A stretch of 53,909 nucleotides of DNA, filler included, from Catajapyx aquilonaris (lineage: Eukaryota): NCBI GenBank assembly GCA_000934665.2. It is 2 parts of 2 records of this genome, joined end to end, with 100 filler letters (N's around TTAATTAATTAA, not from the genome) between each part and the next. Parts side by side here need not be neighbours in the genome. Positions count along the whole stretch, not along the records: positions 1 to 26,941 come from JYFJ02005143.1; positions 27,042 to 53,909 come from KZ539291.1. The stretch is one strand, 5' to 3'. Shown one piece after another: positions 23,337 through 36,493 of this stretch (its first letter is position 1; each line of letters starts with the position of its first letter). The position numbers and the translations under genes are program-made. The notes under the pieces were generated by a model. The model did not search any database and was not told the DNA's origin. It was given only the letters and a program-made list of their open reading frames with translations.

Positions 23337-23828
23337 AGGAAGGGTTCAGTGATTTTGCATGTTGAGCTCCAAAAATCAAACACGACTCCCTGATTTGAAA
23401 TATCCGGTCCGTTTTGTTGGCAAATGCCCCATAAGTGTAAAATTTCAAGTCAATGTTGATTTTTTTGAAAATCAGCGCCGAACACGGGTTCCCTCTAGCC
23501 ACAAGAGTGGAAGCTTCGATGCAGCGGTCGAAGCTTCCACTCTTGTGGCTAGAGGGAACCCGTGTCCCGTGAAAAGATGAAAAAATGGGCTCCGAGCAGG
23601 CTCCGAGACTAAGCCAATCTCATTGGCCACGGTGGTGGCAGGTTACCGGAATTTCCGCGGGAGGTGCTGGCTGTACGCTTACCGTATCGAATACAGTAGC
23701 GGATGTGGACTTTCACCTAATGGCATTTGTTTACGCGGCGTCAGATTCCAAAACTGACCACATTTTTGGAATCAGGGAGTCTTCCTTGATCTCTGAAGCC
23801 CAACATGCAAAATCACTGAACCCTTCCT
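23337..23828. mobile_element. Kolobok-like MITE
   Basis: TTAA TSDs, TIR AGGAAGGGTTCAGTGATTTTGCATGTTG. Confidence 0.82.
23482..23565. repeat. Perfect palindrome, 38-bp arms with 8-nt loop
   Basis: ACACGGGTTCCCTCTAGCCACAAGAGTGGAAGCTTCGA-tgcagcgg-reverse complement. Confidence 0.92.
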
Positions 23829-24114
23829 TTAAATGTCACTGTTTCTTTGTTTCATATTGCTCCTATGACACAGGTACAATTTTTATCATGAATGATCGGT
23901 TATCCAAAAAATCAGTTATCTGAACACCCCCAGTCCCCAATTGTTTCGGCTAATCGATGCTCTACTGTAGTATTATTAGTTCAAAAAATTAAAATGAGTA
24001 AAATAACTGACATACAAAAGCAACAAATCTACTATTGGATTTTTAAATATTGGCCCCTGTGTTTGACTCGAAATAACTCCCAGGAAAATGGTCCAAAAAA
24101 ATTACGCTATACAT

Positions 24115-25345
24115 TGTTATGCCGCAAAATGAATTTTTTATGGCACATCTCGGAGGAAAAAATATTCCCCCTGTGAACCCTGAATAGTGTGAATCTTTGT
24201 CTACCTAATGATATATTTTAAACTTAGAAATCGCCATACGTGTAATCATAATTAAGTTAATTGCACACCTCAGCTATCTCGGCTGTTTCTCATCCGAATT
24301 ACTTCGGGAATGTATCGACGGCAAGTGAGAAATGTGCGTGATAAAATTACACCATGCTCTATGACACTAAAATTTTTAAACGTATTTAAAAGTGTTGCTG
24401 TCTATTCCTGCCAGAACGTGGGCTGGGTACTTGTTTATTAAACTTGCGAAAACAATACTTTTGAAATTTTTAGTGTAATAGCGCACAGTGGATTTTTTAT
24501 CACACATTTCTGGCTTGCCATCGATACATTCGCGAATTAATTCGAATGATAAATGGCTGAGATAACGGAGGTGTGCAATTAACTTAATTATGATTGCACA
24601 AATGGCGATTTCTAAGTTTCAAATACAGTAAAACAGTAACAGTAAAGAGTAATAAGTCGAATCTTCATGGGACCAGGAAAAAACTTCGAGTTATAGAAGA
24701 TTCAAGTTACAGAAGTTTGGATTTTTTAAAGTACAGAACTCTATAAGGAAGCCCACCTTTATATCTAGCAACGAAAGGTGTTCAAAACTTAAAAATACCT
24801 CTCACTATCACGCTTACAATGTTCCTCATTGTTTTGTTGTAAAAAAAAAATGTCAGTTATGGACATTTGCCTACTCTTAGATTCAAGGATTCAATTGTCA
24901 CAATCAAGTCAAACACTTCTTTCGATACATCTGGTAGACATAAATCAGGAAATTGAGCCTTTCTGTACATGTGGCCTACTCTCGACCCTTTGGCTGGGAA
25001 ATGAGAAAATTTTCCTTACTCGCCAACATGGACTTGTACTTAGGGAGACTGAAAATGCATTGATATCCCATCATAAGGCCCTGCCTGATCTTCGAGTTAT
25101 GGAGAACTTCGAGTTAGGGAAGTTTATTTCCTATTTTTTTACATTGTGACCAACCAAGCTCATCATTTTCTTCGACTTATAGAGAACTTCGACTTACTGT
25201 TAGGGAAGTTCGACTTATGGAAGTTTTACTTGGTTTTACTGTATATCATTAGATAGACAAAGATTATTGCACTATTCAGGGCTCACAAGGGGAATGTTTT
25301 GGCCTCCGGAGAAGTGTCATTAAAAATTCATTTTGCAGCATAATG
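24115..25345. repeat. Old fold-back (long-TIR) element with its right arm interrupted by a MITE
   Basis: ~24115-24385 matches the reverse complement of ~24455-24625 plus 25242-25345. Termini not resolved. Confidence 0.75.
24626..25241. mobile_element. pogo/Tigger-like MITE, copy 2
   Basis: Collinear with 2466-3127; CAGTAAAAC/GTTTTACTG termini with TA TSDs. Confidence 0.9.
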
Positions 25346-25637
25346 TTGGCAACTAGTCAAAAAATGACACCTTTCCGCCGCCTTCTTGCGATAAAAAACT
25401 ACACAATGAAGATAGGTAAACAACTCGCACATATGTAACGATATACTTGCCCAACACCAATGAAGTTCACCTAGCACGAAAATCACCTGCATGTCGATGT
25501 TACAAATACGAATTACTTGAGAATGAATCATGTTTTAATCACAGAACTTATATGCTAATGAGCCACATGGAAGAGCAATGTTGGGGCAAGATATCAATGC
25601 ATTTGTCAGTGGAACAAGATGAATAGGACAGTATTTA

Positions 25638-26851
25638 TTTAGCGCGAAGGGGGCAATGGAGTTCGCCCAGTGCGCTAAACGCGCCACCAAGTTCGCCTAG
25701 AGTGATGGTGTCCCGAACCTCCTGTAGTTTGGCCCTCAAGGGATGCCTTGGTGCAAGGATGTTTCCTCGGAAGTATACCTTCTTTATGATTTTCCAGTCT
25801 ATCTCAATCGGATTGAGGTCTAGGCTGCTCCATGGCCATGTAGAATGTCAATCCCTTTGTCTGCTTCCGATGTTTTGGGATGATGCAAAGTCCTGTTGAA
25901 ATATTACGTTGACATCTGGATGTAAGGTTGCTATTGAGGGCACACACAGCGGATGGTTTCTCAGAATCTCCTGAAACATGGCTGTATCGATGGTGCCACT
26001 GATGCTGTGAAAGTTGCCAAGGCCTACACTACCCATGCATCCCCACACCATAATGTTCTGTGCATGTTTGACAGTTCTAGTGAGACATTGGGATGGTACA
26101 CCTCTTCCTTTGTTTGCAGTACTCGATTATATATGTCCCTGTACTGACTAATTCATCGAGAAACTTGACTAATTCCACATCTGATGTGCCCAATGCTTAC
26201 ATTTCTTCTCCCAAGAAAGTCTGTTTCCTGTTCCAGTACCATCAAGAGTGGTTTTTTCTTGCCCTATTGTCAAGAGGGCAGGTCCTGATTTCATGAATTC
26301 GCCGTTAGTCTTTGAGAAGTTGCGCATAAAAGTTCATCTTCATGTCACTTATGCAGAATCGACAGGTTGTTGTGTGGACCACCTTTTGAGTCACCTGTGA
26401 CCAGTTTGAAATTGATGGTCGCTGCTCCTTTCGCCAATTTTGCGACACATTTTTTTCAGCTCTCAGTTTTTCCTTGCTGCTGTTGCCTGGTGACGCCCAT
26501 AGTAAGGTTTTATTCTGGATGGTTCTTGTAGTTTTGTTACTTCATGCGATGCCGCTTACCATGGAGCATGGCACATGCCCTTCTTGTCCAACCACATACG
26601 CAGACTTTCCTTCTTCAGAGCTCTTCCATATCACCTTGCATACCTCTTGGGGAATGGGCTTACCACCTCCCGTCATTGTTATTTTCAGACACAGAGTGCA
26701 ATGAGTAATGGCATTGTGGCGCAGGGAAAGAGACCTGCCCTTTTTTTCCCATCTGGCACAACCGCATCAGTCTGTATTTAACAGTGGGCGAACTTTGTGG
26801 CGCGTTTAGCACTCTGGGCAATCTCCATTGCCCCCTGCACGCTAAGGGCTG
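25638..26851 (-). mobile_element. Decayed Tc1-type (DD34E) element
   Basis: Minus-strand remnants MVWGCM..G.G, IFQQD and WP.SSLDLNPIE. ~60-bp inverted repeats at 25638-25700 and 26785-26845. Confidence 0.8.
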
Positions 26852-26941
26852 TAAAATGAACGCCCGCCTGCAAGTACTTGCAGTAAACAAGTTACCTGCG
26901 TTTCGTCGCCATGGTTACGGTGCGAGCTAAAAAGAACACCG

Positions 26942-27040
26942 NNNNNNNNNNNNNNNNNNNNNNNNNNNNNNNNNNNNNNNNNNNNTTAATTAATTAANNN
27001 NNNNNNNNNNNNNNNNNNNNNNNNNNNNNNNNNNNNNNNN
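26942..27040. other. Assembly gap / artificial contig spacer
   Basis: N run with a central TTAATTAATTAA (26986-26997), which gives stop codons in all six frames. Confidence 0.95.
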
Positions 27041-27464
27041 NATACACGTGAGGCACGTATGGGTAGCGTTTGTCCAGGATAAATAGCCATATGTCCTCAT
27101 TGATTACCGGAAATGCTCCAGTGTAATTTTCAGCACTGCACATATACTTGACCCATACCCAAAATAGCGATTAATTCAACAAAATTGTTCAATAGGTGTT
27201 AACTGCAGCAGTGTACCACCATGTGTATACATACCACACACACTTTAAAAAAAACGTCAAGTAATTAGCATGTGCCACTTCCGTCACAGGGGAATGACCC
27301 ACAACGCCTATATATGCCTCTTAAAAAATACAAGGTCTTCCTATCAGGCGCCTTATCAAATCCTGAATGAAGCGTCACATTTGCGAAATCTGAGCGTAGG
27401 TGCAAGGCGTGTAATCCTCTACCCCCTCCAAATTCCGGATTTCAAAATGAGACAATTGACCAAC

Positions 27465-30389
27465 CTCATTATCCGTGAAGTTCCAGTGTACCGGTCTCTT
27501 TGACTCGCATCTCAGCTGAAGAGTTGACCCCGGTTGTACCATCATGTCTCCACTAGGTGTCGACGGGTATATCCTCGGTGGGTCATACTTGACATAACCC
27601 TGCGCATCTGCACAAAAAACAATCACGTCATTCACAAAACTGACAACCTTCACACCACAAAATCACCTTTCCAAAAACACAAGAGAAGCAGAAGAGCCCT
27701 GAAGCCCTTCATGCTAAGTAACACACTGGCTCAAGACTGTGGCTCGAATATGCGTCAGAGTCTCGGTTTCCTATACTCCTACACTGTGCTGAGGTAATTT
27801 TCTGACTATTCTGTCGTCACTTGTACTTCCTCTAGACAAGTATAGTATCAATCTCTGATAAAAAACCTGTTAGGTCCAGCACCTGTTTGGAGATGCATTA
27901 GAAGGATGACATCAATCACTGGGATGAGTAAAGTGACAAGTGATGCACTTTTTTGGTCCATATTTTTTGGCAGGACCTATAAACATGTTGATGGTAATTT
28001 AGAAGAAAAATGCCGATGCAGATTTTTAGTATAAAATTACATTAATTACACTTGGCCAGATACAAGTTGGTGCATAATTTCCAGGTAATGATTTATATTA
28101 TCTATGAGTAATGAGTTTATCTTGATCCGTTTCCTTTTCAGAAACATGTACCACAGCTTCTTACGCAGATTTATTTTTTGCCAACATTCTTGTCCCGTCA
28201 ATGTAAATTCACAAATATTTGGTCGGACAGTGACGTACATTGAAATATTTGCAAAAGCTTATCTGAAGATAACAGCGCATGGAAAGCAAATATCAGTACG
28301 AGATTTCCTAACACAGAATATGGTGAAAATTAGCTAACACCGCAGTGAAAACGTGTAACAATCCTATTAAATGGGTGTGGCAAAAATCTGAGTCCTTCGT
28401 GGGCTCCATATCCATAATTAATTCGCACCTATCTGCGTGCCCTTTTCCTGACTCCCATTATGCTGGGTGTAGCTCCCATTTTGCGGATAAATATAGTCCA
28501 TGGTTTAATTTTCAGCATATGGATCACGTCTTTCCTGAAATAGCTAAGATCAGGTGCTAAGTGTCTATACGTCGGTTTTTTCCCCCCCGGATGTATACAG
28601 GACATATGGTGGATTCACCTTTAAAATTTATTGAAACGCTGTCCCTGAACGATATGAGTAGGCAGAAGGTGATAGCAGCTAATAAATGAACTGTCCTCTG
28701 TTATCTCATGGCAGCCCCCAAACAATCCACGAGATAACCATTTTTGCCCACTCATCTCATGAGAAACAGACCCCTCCACAAATCTCACAGGATGTTTTTG
28801 AGTGTCCTGCCTTCCTATTGGTTTCCCGTTAATTAATTAAGCGATGTTGTGCCCTGTTTAATTATTACTGATAATCTGAACATGCACTGCAATGTTGCTC
28901 GCCTGCCGCTGTACAATAACTCCAAAGTGTGTGTGGGCGACAGACTTTCATTTCAGTCGCCAAGGTCCCTGTCTGGCTCGAACTTGCTTGAACATGACCA
29001 TACTTGACCTACTAATGGGCAGTACCAGAAACCGTATTGGCATCAATGCTCTGTGGCTGTGGGTGTTGAAGAAAATAGAGAGAAAAAAGGACCCCACGCT
29101 GCCATGGTTTCTTTTTCATAATGGGGCTTCCTCTGGGATTGGGATCTGTTGTCAGGAAATGAAAGGAAGCAGCAGCTGACATTTGTAAGATATCCTTAGC
29201 TTGAAGATAAAATGGCCAGGCGGTCCAGGGATGTCAAGACATATATCATCACTTGGTCCTCTAGCAACATATAGGTCCGTATTTCAGGATTTGAAGCATT
29301 GCACAGTTGTTGGATAAATACTGGTGTTGAAAGGTGGCCATATTGCAAACTAATCAAGCGTCTGGGAAAGTGATTCGTAGAGTGTTGCCCTCTTGGCATC
29401 GAATCTGTCATTGTTGCCAACGTGCCAATTTGGTGGCAACTGTCCGAAATAATTGGCCATGTAGCACCTCATGGCTCCAATGATAGACAAGACAATATCG
29501 GCTGGAAGGAATGGTGTTTATCCACTTGAGCAAGCAGCAACTGCCCACATGAAAATCCGGCCATTATAATTATGCAGCCGGACCTCCGGGTTGTGCCCAT
29601 ATAAATCGTCCGTGTAGCGGTGCAGGCATGGACCACAACAAAAAAATCATTGTTGCGAAGGGTAACAGATGCTGGAAGATTGAGCCAGACATATGTGCTC
29701 GAGCATGTAATTTTTTGACACCCCCCATGAGCACCATCCTGGATATCGAGTGTCCTATAACTGGCATTGCAATTGTAACGCTGTTTTATTGTCACATGCT
29801 TATGTTTTTTTTTTAACCTCGCGCTGTTGGAGGGCTGGCAATGTGCAATACCGTTCCATCAGCTTGATTAGACAACGTATCCTTGTTCAAAGTACACTTG
29901 TTTGTGTTTGCTTCGGGAAATTAGTTTGGACACCCACCTACGCTGCCAATATCCACCTCGTCCATTTTCGGCTATTAATACATGCACACTGCGACATTTT
30001 CTTGTTGGAGGGTCACCTTTGGTACAATGTTAATTTCCGGTTAAATCCTGCACCATCGCCGGTAGTCTTATTAATTGCCATTCATTTATATGTTTTTTAT
30101 TTTGGTATACATTTCAGAGAGGTAATATATACCTATTGTGGTTACTTTTTTATTGACGACTACCAGCATTATGGTATATCTGCTGCAGTTATGCAACATG
30201 GCCTTAGGCATTATAATTACTATGGGAAAGAACATGGGTTCGATGCCCGGTACCGATGCCGGCTTTCCTGGTCACCTCAGGGCACACTTAGTTTCCAAAA
30301 AGAAGCCTTTGCCCTTTAATCCCTAAGAATAGCAACAGGTTGCAACTCTCTGTCCATACTGGAGCTGGCTCCAGGGTGACAACCAGCCC

Positions 30390-30451
<62 letters not shown>

Positions 30452-32633
30452 GCCGTTTGTTTCGAAGAACAATGGGCGCCACCTTTTTGCTCCATTGGGT
30501 GCCTGGTTGCGCCATCATCAATCTATCGACTCAGTTTTCTTGGTACAAGGTACTTTCCCCTCAGAAACTGGTTGGAGCATGAGGAAGCGCAAAAATCCTC
30601 TCTTAAAACTAAACGCCCATTATAAATGAAGGTGGTCCGATATAATATTTTTTTTGCAGGGAGCTGGGGAAGGAAGGCGGCGGAAGTCAGTTATCGCCCT
30701 CCGGAAGCAGTGGGTCAGCTGTGATAATGAAGTTTAGTCACGGGGACAAAACGACAGCAAGGTCTCTCTCTCTCTCTAGCATTTTATGCCAAGGACTCCA
30801 TATCACCTCGCAACAGGACGCTATTTGGTTATTACCACCTTTAGCTAACAGCCAATTTTCGCTTAGAAATATAATCAGACATAACAGGAAGCCGATGATT
30901 TCAGGCATAGTAAACAGCTCTATTGGGGACAGTCAATAATAACGATGTCCAATTGGCCTGAATATCACTTTTTTTTCTGTGCTATTATTGGGTGTCACGT
31001 TTTCAAGTCGACTAATGAGATGGAAAAAAAAAATATATTGCAGTCAGATCGTGTTGGCGCATTCGTTAGACGCCGGCTTCCTATTTCCTTTGTAGGCACC
31101 GCCGGAGTTACTGCCCTTTTGTTGACAAAATGCTAGGAATGTGTGTTAGTCACCACGTTTTTTGATTAGACCCCAGACTGCTTGTATATCGGAGTGAAAA
31201 ACCCGCAAAGAGTCGTTGCCCTATACTCATTAAGCTAAAAAAAACCGCAATCAGCAGTGATTCGCTAATATTGAGTCAACTGCATAATAATGAATATGCA
31301 CACTTTTTGAGTGTCCTGGACTCCACCTGTATGAAATTTTCGTCCACATTTTCCAGGAATGTACAGTGAAAGCGGCCATGATTCCTAAGAAGTCGTCCCC
31401 ATTTCGATCGTATTTTGTGCAAAAAACCGGAACCTTGGCAGCAGTGCAGGCTGGCATCGATCTGTGTTCTGGAATTCAAGCATTCTACTCATCAGATTTC
31501 CCCAACTTATCGATGTCCCGCATCTACGTCAACACCACCAGTTGCGACATACTCAGTACACTCAAATTAAAATAAATCAACTAAACTTTCGACACCCACG
31601 TGTACTATACACGTGCGTTTGTTCTCCTGAAAATTCACCGTGATTCCTAAGAAAAAGGGCCCCTCCTCCTCAATGGCACCTTTGAGGTTTGGCCTTCTTC
31701 CTGGAGGCACGTGAGTCACATACGTACAAGGTTCTTGTATTAGGTGAGGCCATTATCATTCAAGGTTGTCCACCGGCATTGTTTCTATACACGTTAAGTT
31801 TCTCATTTAACTATTTTCCGGGTTGTCGTCAGTTCAATAATATTGTACTCTGTACATAAATTCTTGTCAGCAGGTTTCAATATGTAATAAAACTAATTAG
31901 TAACTAATAAATTATAATGGCACTAAATTGGCTTACATGTGTCGATGTGTGAGTTTGTGACATAACGTTTCAAAAAATAAATCCGATTATTAGTTAGTAT
32001 TGCACCTATTTGAGAGTGAATCAATTGCCCTGGAGGCACAGGGTGAGTCACAGCATTCTTAAGAGCTCACGTACATTCCTCGACCTAAAAGGTAAGACTT
32101 TTAATTACCTTTCCAAGCCCTCTACCCCCCTAAAGCCTGGCAGGTAAAAGAGATAAGTACTTTCTGACCAGGGTTCAGGGTCGTTTAGGCGCCTTTTCTG
32201 GCAGTTTGGGAAGCCTTGGGATCAGGAACCCCGTATAGTCAAGGTCCTTAAGAATCTGCGGTGATGCTTCCGTCCACATTTGCGTTTGTTTTTAAGACCA
32301 CGATTTAAGATTACTGTTGCTAACTGATGTTGCGGTAATTAGCTCTAATAAACAGGTATATGACCATTCGATCCTATACTAGCAATGATGAGCCCAATGA
32401 GGCCTATGGCTTTTTAAAACAAATATGCAATGACCTTTGACCTCCATAGCCGCGACAGGTGTGCACCATTTAAAGCACGTAGGCGGCAACTCCAGACAAA
32501 AAAAATATAGTTGAAAAGAATTATGCAGAGACACTATAGGGTGGGGCTGAGATAAAGCTGAATAGTGTTTTTCCCCACCTGCCTGACTGGCAATCCACGC
32601 TGTTAGGATGCAAATGAGAAGGGCGGTCCGCAT
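27465..32633 (-). CDS. PVR/VEGFR-like Ig-domain gene B, first two coding exons (remainder not seen before the gap)
   Basis: Exon 32633-32579 encodes the signal peptide MRTALLICILTAWIASQA (phase 1). Exon 27607-27465 encodes DAQGYVKYDPPRIYPSTPSGDMMVQPGSTLQLRCESKRPVHWNFTDNE (phase 0). Phases and motif match exons 1-2 of the gene at 38345. Confidence 0.7.
29200..29800 (-). pseudogene. Possible highly decayed Ty3/gypsy integrase relic
   Basis: DGAHGGCQK....YVW and AGFSCGQLLLAQVDKHHS loosely recall the H.G..K...ARSYVWWP and AGPF.G..L.VVD.HS integrase motifs. Very degenerate. Confidence 0.3.
30190..30447 (+). mobile_element. Probable tRNA-derived SINE ending in an (ATT)19 microsatellite (30391-30447)
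   Basis: B-box-like GGTTCGATGCC at ~30237 and a simple-repeat tail. The A box is degenerate. Confidence 0.55.
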
Positions 32634-34201
32634 CTTATCAGCACCCGAGATGGTCAATGCCGACATGTCATCGCAAGGGGTCACTGGCACTGCCCAATTT
32701 ACACGGGGGTAACTGGGCCCCAACTAGGACATCCGACCTGTACTGGTTGTGTAACAGATAAGGACTGACTGAGAGAGTGTCTCCGGGTTTTGCTGGATGA
32801 CTCTGGCGCGCTTTTTACATGGGACGCATGCGCTGAATGGGGCAAGCAAGGTTGGAAATACAAGTGTGGGTCAGAAACAGGTATGATGCGTGGCTAGTGT
32901 ATAGGTTGCCAACACTGCATGTACGGTGATTCATGGGAGCGTACTTGAACTTCTAATAAGTGATGCTAGTTGAAGGTTTTTTAACGACAAATTCCGCCCG
33001 AGGCGCATATTCAATGTAACGTACGTGATTTGTTTAATGTGCAGCCGATTTACGATGCATTTCCATATGGACGTAACTACGTAACCTCGTTTCAAAGAAA
33101 CAGGGTTGCACTATAGCGTCGAAAGCCGGTCTTTCGAAATATGCAGTACTACCCCATATCTGCAATACGTATCGGAAGTATCAGGGAGACACGATGACAA
33201 GCATTACCTCAACTTTAACAACTTTCTAAACTGACAAGTGAGACATATATTAGGCTCCAAATGTCGTAGTGCATGGTATTGATTAATTTCACCACATTCT
33301 GCCACGCTGTATGTTCATGTTCCAACATGGTTCCAACATAGTAAAATAATTTTTTAAAGGGTGGGCATAAACTTTGATTGCACGTTGTTTTTTACGATAC
33401 AAAATACTGTAGTAGCGCAGTATAATTCTGACACAGAGTGGGTGAGTAAGCAGTGCTGAACGACTAACTACATACGCTGACAGTTGACATTTAAAAAGTC
33501 ATCTGCAGATCTCACTATCCAACGGCATTATTCTGACTCATTTTTGGAGTTTCCCATGTCAAGTAGTGTTTCTGCGTCTACCTCTGACGATGATCTCTAC
33601 CAAGAGCTAATAACTCTTGTCTCTACTAATTGTAGTCCCAAGTAGTTTTCAAAGTAGTTGAGAGATATACCAATAATGGAATAATTACGGCAACACCCCT
33701 GCCACCATCGATTTCCAACCTACAAATGCCTTTCAATTCATAAGCAGAAGGTAATCCATCAAGTAGAGTAGATTTAGTAGGCGGAATTTATTGGCATGTC
33801 TTTCTAACTGTGGCTGTCATGCAAACAATCTAAATACACATGTTATGTTGGAATGACATGCTTACTAATTGCACTCATGCAGGAAACGATTGAAAGCCAA
33901 CTCATACTCTCTCCTGATACATTTTAGCGTGGGAGTAAGCTCTAAGAAGTCAATCCTTAGCACCATCAATCTCCTCTCAAGTAGTTCATATAGCCGATGA
34001 GTAAGATCATTGATTTCTTGGGGGCTGCACGCTGAGCAATGCTACGTTGTCTTCTGACAATGCCGGATGATGGTGGGAGTGCTATTTCTATTGGAATTCG
34101 ATCCTACGCGACACAACAATGCTTCAACCCTTCCAAATCAGTTCAAATAGCGCGCCGCCCTGTTGGCTCCCTCCGCCAGTTGGCACCACTGGATCCTCCT
34201 C

Positions 34202-34217
34202 TGCCGAGTCACGTGAT
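34202..34217. promoter_or_regulatory. Overlapping ARE (GTGACTCGGCA on - strand) and E-box/CLEAR-like GTCACGTGAT just upstream of the POMP ATG
   Basis: TGCCGAGTCACGTGAT matches RTGACnnnGCA and contains CACGTG, ending 5 nt before the start codon. Confidence 0.55.
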
Positions 34218-34222
34218 CCAAG

Positions 34223-36493
34223 ATGGTGAGTTTTCGGCGTTGTCATCCTCCTTCGAAAGAGTAGCTTCGATCGAAGGGGTTTTTGGGTCGTTCGCTCTTT
34301 TGGGTGTCCAGAAGAAGGGTCCGGAAAAACTCTGGGATTGTTGCCTGGATAGTGCATGCAGTGATGGTGGGGGATTTCTCTTGGGAGAGAGCCACACTTA
34401 CCTTAGTATTACTGTAGTTGTGCTTATTTTTGGTGTGACTCTCTTCTTTTCAGGCTGGAAGAATGATGCCCAAGTTGGAGGGAAAGACGGGGCGGGAGGA
34501 GAAGCAGATGCCCAGGGAAGGACTCTACGGGGTGCACGACGTCATGACCTACGGGTAAGGTTCTTGCTCGTCAAATGCTTCGGATGCTCGATGTAGCTCC
34601 GCACAGGTTTAGTTAGCTGCCAGAAGGTGTGCACAGTTGTACTGCAAGTACCGTACGTCTAGGCATACGTCTACCGTATGTGAAAAATGGGATTACCCAG
34701 AGTCACATGACAGTTATCTGAATGACAAGGTAATAGCGGTAATAGTAGTACTGTATAAATAACCTATAAAATAGCCTTGTGTATTCTATTGCAAAACAGG
34801 AATATGAATGGTTTATGAACGACCCGACAGCGATCTGTACTTACCTAACAGAAGGATCGTTGATAATTAACCCCCTACAATTTCAATCACTTCTGCGTAC
34901 TTTGACCGACACCAAGTTCAACGTAAATACTGTATAATAACTCATTAGGAAATTGCGCTCTTCGGCACATGTAAACAAATGGACATGACGTAAACGGTTA
35001 GTTGGAGCAGCATGTTTACACTGTACATGTGCTCAGGGATCCAAGTTACGAACAAATCCGACTTATGTACATTTTCAGGAACATAACCCATTCGTAGACC
35101 AGGGACTACCTGTATTCTGTTGCAATACCGTTGTTCACATTTTAACACAGGTATGACAGTGTTGCCCTTTATCCAATGGAGTTCACATAAAAATTATTAC
35201 ATGTGAAATATTTGCATTTGTTATGAGTCAATTAAATGAACTACTTCTGGAACTAATTGTGGGAAAACTGACTAGGATACACCATTCCTACCTACCTGTG
35301 CATGAAACTCAAGATCTTAGCCTACTTTCCATACATAGATCCCTTGCAAGAAGCAGGTCTGCCATCTAATGGACTCTGGACAGACAAGGGAAAGCTCTTT
35401 CATGTGGCATTTTCAAGTGTGAGAGTGGCAGTGATTGTCAGTGCCAACTGAGCCCACCATCTTGAACATGCCCTACAGAACTACGTATAGTTATACCGAG
35501 TTAAAGCCGGTACCGACGTAAGAGTTTTCTCTCATAAGAGGAGCCAACTGCGCATGCCCGGATACGAGGAAAGAGGAAAAGTTGAAAATTTTCAACTTTA
35601 ATCCCCTTTTAGAGGGACAAGAGGGGCCCTGAGGCGACAAAGAGTCCGTCTCGACGTACAAGATTTCTCGCACAAGAGGACTCTTATGAAAGAAACTCTA
35701 ACGTGGATACTGGCCTTTATACCATGCTTGCAAGAAATAAAATGGAGGCTGGATGATAGCATTTATACCATGTCGAACTGAGTCTGGGCAAAGTGTGCAA
35801 GGAAGAACCAGCCAGCAGCCAGTCAGAATGCACTGAGGCAGGGAAGCTCTAGGCAGCTAATGTTCATGCATGGTCTGTATTGCGTCAGTGAATGAGTTAT
35901 ACAAGTAGGCCTACATAAATTTAAATGGTCAATTTTTTTTGCACAAGTTTGTAGTGATTCGGGGAGCATATCAATATATTCTAAGGGGAAATTTTTTAGC
36001 AAAATGGTTTCAAAAATTCCGAAAATTGTACATATGTTGATACTAATGCATGCCACTCCGATCAAAATTGACAAAGTTAATAATGTCAATATGCATTTCT
36101 AATCCAGGTTGGCAGCTACTCGAGACAACCTAACGTCATCTCATCCTCTGGAAAAGTCTGAGAAGAATGTAAGCATCCTTGGTTTCATCAAGCAGTCCAA
36201 TCTCTTAATATGGCATTTGTTTCCTACAGTACTTCAAGACTTTGGAGGAGATGGAGATGAATGCTGCCCGTCGACATCAGGGGAATCACATGCCCCTTGT
36301 GCTGCACATGGAGCGTCGTTCGGCCATGAAGGTCGGCCACCTGTCCTTTCTTCCCCGATCCAATCTCATGCATGATGTCTTGACTGGACGAGACTCAGAT
36401 GTGGGCTTTGAAGACTACCTCAACCCTGCTGAGTTTCGTGAGGTCATGGGTCAACCCCATGCTGTCATGGAAAAACAGCTGGGGCTGCTGTAA
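34223..36493 (+). CDS. POMP: Proteasome maturation protein (POMP/Ump1), complete, 4 coding exons, 142 aa
   Basis: Exons 34223-34225 (ATG|gtgagt), 34454-34554, 36108-36168 and 36230-36493; all GT-AG and phase-consistent. Motifs EGLYGVHD, SHPLEKSEKN, QGNHMPL.L.MER, LP.SNLM.DVLTGRD..VGFED.LN, MGQPH..ME..LGLL. AATAAA at 36573. Confidence 0.96.
35504..35716. mobile_element. Harbinger-like MITE in POMP intron 2
   Basis: Homologous to 10836-11016; TTA TSD. Confidence 0.8.

Noticed and set aside
27375..27464. In-frame extension of gene B exon 2 (SHFEIRNLEGVEDYTPCTY) that looks vaguely Ig-like
   Set aside because: The paralog has a donor at the identical position (NE|gt). The extension lacks a proper D.G.Y.C motif and ends in a stop, so it is treated as intron.
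28829..28840. Second TTAATTAATTAA identical to the gap spacer
   Set aside because: No flanking Ns; a low-complexity (TTAA)3 can occur naturally.
29750..30319. 189-aa ORF, the longest in the track
   Set aside because: Non-ATG start, runs into a SINE-like element, composition not protein-like.
30288..30582. Poly-Ile ORFs on both strands
   Set aside because: Translation of the (ATT)n microsatellite.
34039..34596. 185-aa ORF with a hydrophobic stretch
   Set aside because: Spans the POMP promoter, intron 1 and exon 2 in a different frame; no recognisable domain.
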